Source: Patescibacteria group bacterium (lineage in GTDB: Bacteria > Patescibacteriota > Saccharimonadia > Saccharimonadales > UBA10212). Taken from it: DNA of 29,268 nucleotides. The DNA is taken from NCBI GenBank assembly GCA_038062805.1, contig JBBTWK010000030.1, positions 1 through 29,268 on the forward strand. The letters run 5' to 3'. The translations under genes and the position numbers were made by a program. This document shows positions 16,445 through 22,703 of the stretch, piece by piece. The notes below the pieces were generated by a model that saw nothing but the letters and a program-made list of their open reading frames with translations, searched no databases and was not told the origin of the DNA. Each line of letters begins with the position of its first letter. Within the stretch, counting starts at the first letter, position 1.

Positions 16445-17029
16445 ATGGATGACAGAATCGACGAAGCCTTTGGGGCGGTAAATCGGGCCAATTTTGTGCC
16501 CAGAGAGCTTCGTGGGTCGGTTGATATTGACGCACCGCTGCCGATCGGCTTTGGGCAGACCATTAGCCAGCCTTATACTGTTAGGTTAATGCTGCAATGG
16601 CTGGATCCGCAGCCCGGTGAGAAGATTTTAGACGTTGGTTCGGGCTCTGGCTGGACGACGGCGCTATTATCGCACTTGGTCGGCTCTAAGGGTCGAGTTT
16701 ATGCCGTAGAGCGAATCCCGGAGTTGGTGGAGTTTGGGCAGGAAAATTGTGAGCGGGCTGGAGTTAAAAATGCCCGGTTTTTTACGGCCGGCGATGAATT
16801 CGGTTTGCCCGATGAAGCGCCGTTTGACCGCATTTTAGTCAGTGCTTCGGCAGACAAGCTGCCGCAGGAACTGATTGATCAGCTAAAAGTAGGCGGCCCT
16901 TCGACAGGCTCAGGGCAGGCAAAAATGGTCATCCCGGTACATAACGATATTTTAGAAATCACCAAAAAATCGGATAAAGATTCGAATATCAAAAAACACC
17001 CTGGTTTCGTCTTCGTGCCATTGCTGTAA
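16445..17029 (+). CDS. pcm: Protein-L-isoaspartate O-methyltransferase
   Basis: PLPIGFGQTISQP, ILDVGSGSGW, VYAVER, APFDRILVSA and VFVPL. AGGAG SD upstream. Confidence 0.95.
   Translation: MDDRIDEAFGAVNRANFVPRELRGSVDIDAPLPIGFGQTISQPYTVRLMLQWLDPQPGEKILDVGSGSGWTTALLSHLVGSKGRVYAVERIPELVEFGQENCERAGVKNARFFTAGDEFGLPDEAPFDRILVSASADKLPQELIDQLKVGGPSTGSGQAKMVIPVHNDILEITKKSDKDSNIKKHPGFVFVPLL
16898..16921 (+). repeat. In-frame REP-like insertion in pcm encoding PSTGSGQA
   Basis: CCTTCGACAGGCTCAGGGCAGGCA interrupts the conserved QLxxGG-xxVIPV segment. Confidence 0.7.
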
Positions 17030-17063
17030 AACTAAACTTCTCATCTGTTATACTGGGCGTTGC

Positions 17064-17139
17064 GGGGGAGTAGCTCAGTGGTTAGAGCAGTCGGCTCATA
17101 ACCGATTGGTCGAAGGTTCAATTCCTTCCTCCCCCACCA
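17064..17139 (+). tRNA. tRNA with CAU anticodon, probably tRNA-Ile2 (lysidine)
   Basis: GGGGGAG-TA-GCTC-AGTGGTTA-GAGC-A-GTCGG-CTCATAA-CCGAT-TGGTC-GAAGG-TTCAATT-CCTTC-CTCCCCC-A-CCA. C29:G41 and the stem resemble Ile2 tRNAs; the identity is inferred. Confidence 0.9.
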
Positions 17140-17252
17140 CGTCACAACCAATATCAACCCCGCTCAAAATTTTGGCGATCAAGTAGCCAAAATTTAGCGG
17201 GGTCTTGTATTGTTGCTCCTTTTCCAATTTACGCAACTCCGCGCAAAACGGG
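17137..17252 (+). repeat. tRNA-linked ~116-nt double-hairpin element, copy A
   Basis: Starts at the tRNA CCA (CCACGTCACA) and contains a TTTTGGC...GCCAAAA hairpin. Its last 43 nt are 35/43 identical to the reverse complement of 18552-18594. Confidence 0.8.
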
Positions 17253-17308
17253 CTAGCTTCAAAAGGACGCCCGAAAAACAGAAGAGCCAACCGCGGTATA
17301 ATGTTTAT

Positions 17309-17764
17309 GTGCTTCAACAGATAAGAAATTTTTGGAAGTCAAAAAACCGGCAGCAATTTACCGATGTGCGCAACATCGGGCTGTATGTTTTTGCGGTTAT
17401 CGTACTGGCAATTACATGGAGTGGTGTAAAAACCCTCCAGATTAACTATGAACTGCAAAAACAAATCTCGACCTTAAAACAGCAAAATGAGGTATTAAAA
17501 CTGCAAAACGATAATACCGCCCTGCAGAACCAGTATTACCAAACTAACCAATATTTAGAGCTAGCAGCCCGACAGGATTTTGGTTTAGCCGCTCCCGGCG
17601 AAAAAATTTTGCTGATTTCTAAAGACGTAGCAATGAAATATGTTGATCCAAGCTTGAGCCCGCAAGCCAACTTCCAGAATTCGGTTGATAAACGCTCAAA
17701 ATACGCCAAAAACTTCCAGGCTTGGCGTGACTTTCTCCTCGGCCGCAAAGCCTCCCAGAATTAA
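17309..17764 (+). CDS. Septum formation initiator (FtsB/DivIC-like) protein
   Basis: One TM helix followed by a coiled coil and ELAARQDFGLAAPGEKI. The GTG start lies 6 nt after TATAAT; the upstream part of the listed ORF is repeat sequence. Confidence 0.8.
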   Translation: MLQQIRNFWKSKNRQQFTDVRNIGLYVFAVIVLAITWSGVKTLQINYELQKQISTLKQQNEVLKLQNDNTALQNQYYQTNQYLELAARQDFGLAAPGEKILLISKDVAMKYVDPSLSPQANFQNSVDKRSKYAKNFQAWRDFLLGRKASQN

Positions 17765-17780
17765 TAAAATCTCTTTGCGG

Positions 17781-18473
17781 CTAACCCCGTTTTGCACGGA
17801 GTTGCGTAAAAGGGAAAGTCGGTTTCGGGCCGCCATAACGCTGCTCGAAGGTAGGTTGAGCAACGACAGTCTCTAAAAGAGCTACTTTGCCTATCTCTTG
17901 ACCTTCGGGTGTAGTGTCGTATCTATAGAAATCTTCAAATGTCCGGATGGGAGGTCGGCTATAGTGTCCTTTAACATACACAATATCGATAGGAGAAACA
18001 GTATAGCCTTCTTGGGGTTTTAGACGCATTAGTATTTTCGGGTCGGCACCATCTGTGTAGTCGTCTGGCACTTCTTCGGGGATTTCTACGTCAAAGCCAT
18101 TGTTCCCAAAATGGTCTGCTAATGAACCCAAAATATGGTCACCACTGGTTTCGCGCCAATATCTCTTCGGTAACTTCTTTCGCCCTTGAGGATAAGCATT
18201 TTCGTGATTGTAATACCCACGTTCCCATCTGCCGCTGCCAACGATAAGAACGTCAACATCTGGGCGCTCACCCTCCTTTGTAACATAGCCGCCAATACCA
18301 TATACTCCGAAAATACCTCTATTGGTTGTACTATCATCTTCAAAACTTTTTGCTAACTCGCCAACTGTAGCGACAATGTGCTCTACGTTAGTTCGGTCTG
18401 TTGGTGAAAGCCTGTCTAAGAAAGATAAGGCTTCTGCTAGTTGTGCATCGCCCAGTCTATTTTCTATTGTCAT
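17781..18473 (-). CDS. Hypothetical protein with a nucleotidyltransferase-like motif, 230 aa
   Basis: VYGIGGYVTKEGERPDVDVLIV (G-G...DxD) and a later PIDIV. Strong AGGAG SD. Confidence 0.55.
   Translation of the reverse strand: MTIENRLGDAQLAEALSFLDRLSPTDRTNVEHIVATVGELAKSFEDDSTTNRGIFGVYGIGGYVTKEGERPDVDVLIVGSGRWERGYYNHENAYPQGRKKLPKRYWRETSGDHILGSLADHFGNNGFDVEIPEEVPDDYTDGADPKILMRLKPQEGYTVSPIDIVYVKGHYSRPPIRTFEDFYRYDTTPEGQEIGKVALLETVVAQPTFEQRYGGPKPTFPFTQLRAKRG
17786..17810 (-). repeat. Partial copy C of the tRNA-linked element
   Basis: CCCGTTTTGCACGGAGTTGCGTAAA, 24/25 identical to the reverse complement of 17228-17252. Confidence 0.85.
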
Positions 18474-18551
18474 AAATAACTCCTATAAATCCCTATTTTG
18501 GACTTTAGTGGCAAAAAAGCAAGCAGTAGCAAAATGCAGGTTTAGCTTTAC

Positions 18552-18689
18552 CCCGTTTCACGCGGAGCTGCGTGAAACGGAAGAGGAACAACAACGGTGA
18601 GCTCATTTGCCAATCAAAAAGAGCTTTGGCTATTTTGGGTTGGCCAGAGCTCTAGTTTGCTGTGACGTGGTAGCCGTAGTACATTCGAA
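18552..18689 (-). repeat. tRNA-linked element copy B, preceded by a degenerate tRNA 3' end
   Basis: Minus strand reads TTCGAATGTACTACGGCTA-CCA-CGTCACA...; includes the perfect 11-bp hairpin CCGTTTCACGC-GGAGCT-GCGTGAAACGG (18553-18580). Confidence 0.75.
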
Positions 18690-18815
18690 TTGGAACATTA
18701 TCCGTAAGGAGCTTGCTAGATGGAAGGCTCTATCTAGAGAAGGTAATCTGTTAACTTACTCTCCCAAGAGGAACTAGAACGATAATTTAGTCTTACAAAA
18801 TAAGAAACGAGCGGT

Positions 18816-19121
18816 TTACTGTTGTCCATGAGGCTGAGTTAGGTTTTGTATATGTACTTCCCCAAAAGCAGGGTACACAAATCTTACTAATGCACCAAAT
18901 TCACCCAAATTTGCTACGGCCTCAAGTCCTTCAATTATTTCAGGCTTTAACTCTGGTTTTAGAGCCATTTCTCCCAACTTGCCATTCCTAGTATCTTTCT
19001 TTACGGCTTGTACTTCTTCAACTAGAGTCGTGTTACCTACAAGCCTTGCGCCAACTTTTATGTACCACCCATCAAGCCTATTCTCCATAATAACTTCACC
19101 GTTTTCACCTGGCCTTAGCAT
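18816..19121 (-). CDS. Hypothetical protein, 101 aa
   Basis: AGGAG SD 5 nt upstream of the ATG. No recognised family. Confidence 0.7.
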   Translation of the reverse strand: MLRPGENGEVIMENRLDGWYIKVGARLVGNTTLVEEVQAVKKDTRNGKLGEMALKPELKPEIIEGLEAVANLGEFGALVRFVYPAFGEVHIQNLTQPHGQQ

Positions 19122-19240
19122 GATTGCTCCTAAACTATAATGCGCTATTTATATATGCCGTTTAATGAATACGCAAGCTTTAGCGAATAGGCCGAGCAGG
19201 ACTGGAACCAATTAACGGAGGTAATTGTAATCGTAAATCA

Positions 19241-19269
19241 AAAAGAGACTGGTTTTGGAACCAATCTCT
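19241..19269 (-). terminator. Intrinsic terminator of the initiator tRNA
   Basis: AGAGACTGGTT-TTGG-AACCAATCTCT stem with an adjacent A-run. Confidence 0.6.
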
Positions 19270-19284
19270 ATCTGTTATTCAATC

Positions 19285-19359
19285 TGGTAGCGGGGGCAGG
19301 ATTTGCACCTGCGACCTCGTGGTTATGAGCCACGCGAGCTACTACTGCTCCACCCCGCG
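19285..19359 (-). tRNA. Initiator tRNA-fMet(CAU)
   Basis: Reverse complement CGCGGGG-TG-GAGC-AGTAGTA-GCTC-G-CGTGG-CTCATAA-CCACG-AGGTC-GCAGG-TGCAAAT-CCTGC-CCCCGCT-A-CCA. The C1.U72 mismatch and A11:U24 are initiator hallmarks. Confidence 0.93.
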
Positions 19360-19522
19360 TCAAACTATGAGACAAACCTGCGGTTTTTCTCATCGAACCT
19401 GGCGAAATAAATTCGCCTCCGCCTACAGCGGACCGGTTCTGCTCTTTTCCCTAGAACAAAACAGGCAAGTCAACCAGTTATTCTAATCTGTTAGGGGTCA
19501 TTTGTCAATCTCTAAGGTAATG

Positions 19523-19550
19523 AAAAAATCCCTAATAAAAGGGATTTTTT
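19523..19550. terminator. Bidirectional intrinsic terminator downstream of the RRM gene
   Basis: Perfect inverted repeat AAAAAATCCC-TAATAAAA-GGGATTTTTT. Confidence 0.75.
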
Positions 19551-19569
19551 CTAAAACACTTGGTAAAAA

Positions 19570-19842
19570 TTACCAGCTGTTTGTTCGAGGCTTGTCCTCT
19601 TTAGGACGAGCTTCGGCGACGGAAATGTTACGTCCGCCAACGTCTGAGCCGTTAAGCGCCTTTTCAGCAGCTTTACCTTCTTCGTCGTTTTCGAATTCGA
19701 CGAAACCAAAGCCCTTGCTGCGGCCGCTATCGCGGTCTTTGACGACGGTAGCTGATGCTACGGTGCCATGAGCGGCAAAAAGCTCTTTGAGCTCGTCATC
19801 GGTGGTGGTGAACGGTAGTCCACCTACAAATAGTTTGTACAT
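19570..19842 (-). CDS. RRM (RNP-1) RNA-binding protein
   Basis: RNP-2 KLFVGGL, RNP-1 KGFGFVEF and ISVAEARPK. Confidence 0.95.
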   Translation of the reverse strand: MYKLFVGGLPFTTTDDELKELFAAHGTVASATVVKDRDSGRSKGFGFVEFENDEEGKAAEKALNGSDVGGRNISVAEARPKEDKPRTNSW

Positions 19843-20000
19843 TTAAATTTTCTTTCTTACTTAGTTACTTAGGAACGACCCCTTACAGTCTGGTTTTTGA
19901 ACTCAGGCTACAAGCCGAACATTCCAAAGTCACCAAGAACAGATAAGATCCTAACGGCGGTAGTTAAGCACGTTAGTAGTAAAAATACAACATTAAATAC

Positions 20001-20028
20001 TTGACTGTATTCATAAAGCACTTATGAT
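20001..20028 (+). promoter_or_regulatory. Sigma70-type promoter
   Basis: TTGACT-16 nt-TATGAT upstream of repeat copy 2 and the small ORF at 20147. Confidence 0.5.
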
Positions 20029-20053
20029 TAAGGTAGAATAACTAAATAAAAAA

Positions 20054-20126
20054 CCCACGCACCAAAAACTTGACGCTCTGTAATCTGATTGCAGACTACT
20101 CCGCTCAGGTTTTGGTACGGGGCAAG
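20054..20126. repeat. ~70-nt imperfect palindromic element, copy 2
   Basis: Reverse complement is 59/67 identical to 4553-4619. Internal TCTGTAATC/GATTGCAGA stem. Confidence 0.85.
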
Positions 20127-20146
20127 CAAAAAAGGTAAAAACAAAA

Positions 20147-20275
20147 ATGCCAACCGAACTAGCGTTCGAACTACTTCCAGCCCAAGATATGGACGAGATA
20201 GATAAGCTACTTGCCGAAGCCTTGCCTACCGGCAGGCAGGCCGAGGTCTCCGAACAAGAACTAGTCCAAATCTAG
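20147..20275 (+). CDS. Small acidic hypothetical protein, 42 aa, containing a repeat-derived LPTGRQA
   Basis: MPTELAFELLPAQDMDEIDKLLAEALPTGRQAEVSEQELVQI*. Promoter upstream. Not in the ORF track. Confidence 0.5.
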   Translation: MPTELAFELLPAQDMDEIDKLLAEALPTGRQAEVSEQELVQI

Positions 20276-20327
20276 TGGCTAAGAGCTGGGCAACAGATTA
20301 AATCTGATATAATACCCCTGTCAATGC

Positions 20328-20404
20328 GCCAGGGTAGCTCAGTTGGTTAGAGCGCAGGACTCATAAGCCTGAGGTCGCGAGTTCAAATCTCGCCCCTGGT
20401 ACCA
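20328..20404 (+). tRNA. tRNA with CAU anticodon, probably elongator tRNA-Met
   Basis: GCCAGGG-TA-GCTC-AGTTGGTTA-GAGC-G-CAGGA-CTCATAA-GCCTG-AGGTC-GCGAG-TTCAAAT-CTCGC-CCCTGGT-A-CCA. The Met versus Ile2 assignment is inferred. Confidence 0.9.
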
Positions 20405-20405
20405 A

Positions 20406-21611
20406 TTATTCAATCAGGTTTTTAATGGCGTTGATGAAGGCAGCTTCTTTGAGAGATACATTTCGCTCCTGCGCTGTTTTACATAGAGCGTCTACGGCTT
20501 TGATCATATACTGCTCGAGCTGGTTATTAACCTTTTCTTCGGTCCAGTGCTCGCTGGTCCTGTTTTGGATCCACTCCAGGTAACTAACGATCACACCGCC
20601 GGCATTAGCTACGATGTCCGGTAGAATGACAACCCCCTTACTAGTGAGATAGTCAAAGGCCGCTTCGGCAGTAGGGCCGTTAGCCAGTTCTACAACAATC
20701 CTAGCTTTTATATTGCCCATATTACCAGAGTTGACAGCGTCGCCAAGGGCGGCCAGTACCAAAACGTCGACGTCTAGTGCCAGTAATTCATCATTAGTAG
20801 TAACCTGCACACCTTCCTTCTTAAGATCAGAAAAACGGCCGCCGTCTTGCTTGTAGTTACCTAGCTCGGTAGCACTTAAGCCCTCCGGCGAATATACGGC
20901 AGCCTGGGAATCGCTGGCGGCGACTAGCTTCCAGTTTGGACAACTCTCCCCGGCAAGCACAGCAAAGAATGATCCAACATTCCCAAAGCCCTGTACGGCG
21001 TATGTTAATTGTTTGTCGGCCCCGTCCATATGCTCTAGCAACTGCGCAAAGGCAAACATGCCGCCGCGGCCAGTTGCCGCATCACGGCCCAAGCTACCAC
21101 CCTTGTTAACGCTCTTACCTGTAAAACTAGCTTTAGTCGTGTCACCAGTTAGCTTTTCGTATTCGTCTACCATCCAGTCAATAATCTCTGGGTTGGTGTT
21201 AACGTCTGGCGCCGGCACGTCTTTATCCGGCCCAATATGTGGCCGGAGCTGGCGGACGTATTTGCGGCTCAATTCTTCCAGTTCGCCTTCGTCTAGGTCT
21301 TTGGGATTAACGCTAATGCCGCCTTTGGCACCGCCAAGCGGTAGGCCAACAGCCGCGCTCTTAAAACTCATCAAAGTCGCTAACGCCCTTACCTCATCAA
21401 GATCAACTTCTGGGTGGAATCGAATACCCCCCTTGTATGGGCCCAGTTTATTGCTGTGTTGTACGCGGTAAGCACTGAAGGTTTTACCGCTACCAAGTCT
21501 GATTTCAAACAAATGCTCTTTATCAATTTTTATAAGCTCGTTTATGGCCTCGTCGTCTAAACCAAGTTTTTTGCCGGCTCGCGAGATTAGGCCACGGGCG
21601 GTAGTAAGCAT
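20406..21611 (-). CDS. gdhA: Glu/Leu/Phe/Val dehydrogenase (glutamate dehydrogenase)
   Basis: GPYKGGIRFHP, GGAKGG, DVPAPD, GRDAATGRG, QGFGNVG, ELANGP and PD..ANAGGVIVSYLEW. Confidence 0.95.
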   Translation of the reverse strand: MLTTARGLISRAGKKLGLDDEAINELIKIDKEHLFEIRLGSGKTFSAYRVQHSNKLGPYKGGIRFHPEVDLDEVRALATLMSFKSAAVGLPLGGAKGGISVNPKDLDEGELEELSRKYVRQLRPHIGPDKDVPAPDVNTNPEIIDWMVDEYEKLTGDTTKASFTGKSVNKGGSLGRDAATGRGGMFAFAQLLEHMDGADKQLTYAVQGFGNVGSFFAVLAGESCPNWKLVAASDSQAAVYSPEGLSATELGNYKQDGGRFSDLKKEGVQVTTNDELLALDVDVLVLAALGDAVNSGNMGNIKARIVVELANGPTAEAAFDYLTSKGVVILPDIVANAGGVIVSYLEWIQNRTSEHWTEEKVNNQLEQYMIKAVDALCKTAQERNVSLKEAAFINAIKNLIE

Positions 21612-21653
21612 TTGTCTCTCCTGGCTTTTTTCATACTGTTAAGATTATAGGAC

Positions 21654-22553
21654 ATGAAAGTAAATATCCCGAGCGGTCGGTACGTAATTGCGGTATCTGG
21701 TGGTGTTGACTCGATGGTTCTGCTTGACCTACTAATTAAGCAATCCAAAGACTCTACCCTCTACCCTCTACCCTCTACCCTCAAACTCGTCGTGGCACAT
21801 TTTAACCACGGCATTCGGCCGGATTCAGCCGAAGATGAAAAACTGGTCGCCAAAGCAGTACAAGAACATAACTTACCCCTCGAAGTTGGCTATGGAAAGT
21901 TGGGCGCAGCGGCTAGCGAGGATCAAGCTAGAATCGCCCGCTACCAGTTTTTAGAATCCGTAGCCAAAAAGCACAGGGCCAAAGGAGTTATTACAGCCCA
22001 CCACCTCGATGACTTGATCGAAACAGCATTTATAAATATCCTACGGGGTACTGGACGCGCCGGACTTAGCCCTATGGCCAGTAGTAAAATCTACCGCCCC
22101 TTGCTAGATGTACCAAAAAAGGAAATTCTAGCTTATGCCAAAAGCCATAAGATTCGGTGGCACGAAGACCCGACCAATGTCGATACTAGGTACTTACGAA
22201 ACTACATTCGAGCTCACATCACATCACGTCTAACCAGTCAGCAAAAAACCAAAATAGTAAATAATCTCGACAAAGTCGCAAAAACAAACAAAAGAATCAA
22301 TGCAGAAATTGCGACTTTGTCTCACATACATCGAGATAACCGAATAGATAGGCGGGCTTACATAATGCTTCCAACCCAGGTCGGTGAGGAACTGCTAATG
22401 AACTTCCTCAGACAAAACGGCCTTGGACATTTTGACAAGAGGTCGATTAAGCGCTTGGCTACAATCATCAAAACAGGACTGCCGGGATCCCAACACAACG
22501 TTACTGGTGGCCGAAAGCTAAAACTAACTGCTCGATCGGCTAATCTAATTTAG
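21654..22553 (+). CDS. tilS: tRNA(Ile)-lysidine synthase
   Basis: PP-loop AVSGGVDS, AHFNHGIR, TAHHLDD, RPLL, WHEDPTN and RNYIR. Confidence 0.96.
   Translation: MKVNIPSGRYVIAVSGGVDSMVLLDLLIKQSKDSTLYPLPSTLKLVVAHFNHGIRPDSAEDEKLVAKAVQEHNLPLEVGYGKLGAAASEDQARIARYQFLESVAKKHRAKGVITAHHLDDLIETAFINILRGTGRAGLSPMASSKIYRPLLDVPKKEILAYAKSHKIRWHEDPTNVDTRYLRNYIRAHITSRLTSQQKTKIVNNLDKVAKTNKRINAEIATLSHIHRDNRIDRRAYIMLPTQVGEELLMNFLRQNGLGHFDKRSIKRLATIIKTGLPGSQHNVTGGRKLKLTARSANLI
21752..21782 (+). repeat. Heptamer tandem repeat (CTCTACC)x4.4 inside tilS
   Basis: Four exact CTCTACC units plus CTC, translated as STLYPLPSTL. Confidence 0.95.
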
Positions 22554-22591
22554 GCACTCAGGGGTCGTTTAGACTGGTATAATGTTTGGAT

Positions 22592-22699
22592 ATGGATCCC
22601 GTTAGACCTCAGCCTGAAACTTTCAAATTTATTTTGCGTTGGCGCTGCTTTGAGCTGTCAACATCGTATGATTGTCATAAGCCAAGGGTGAGGTTCTAA
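22592..22699 (+). CDS. Possible 35-aa upstream ORF of ftsH
   Basis: [35 protein letters not shown]. TGgTATAAT lies 8 nt upstream; the stop is 4 nt before the ftsH ATG. Confidence 0.35.
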   Translation: MDPVRPQPETFKFILRWRCFELSTSYDCHKPRVRF

Positions 22700-22703
22700 C
22701 AGG

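Noticed and set aside
17210-17308. N-terminal extension of the FtsB-like ORF from TTG 17210
   Set aside because: The extension translates repeat copy A. A TATAAT 6 nt before GTG 17309 marks a better start.
17096-17317. 73-aa minus-strand ORF, and the similar 92-aa ORF at 18322-18600, as intact genes
   Set aside because: They run antisense into tRNA-Ile2 or the NTase-like gene, and their similarity is confined to the repeat. At most they are recombinase-tail relics.
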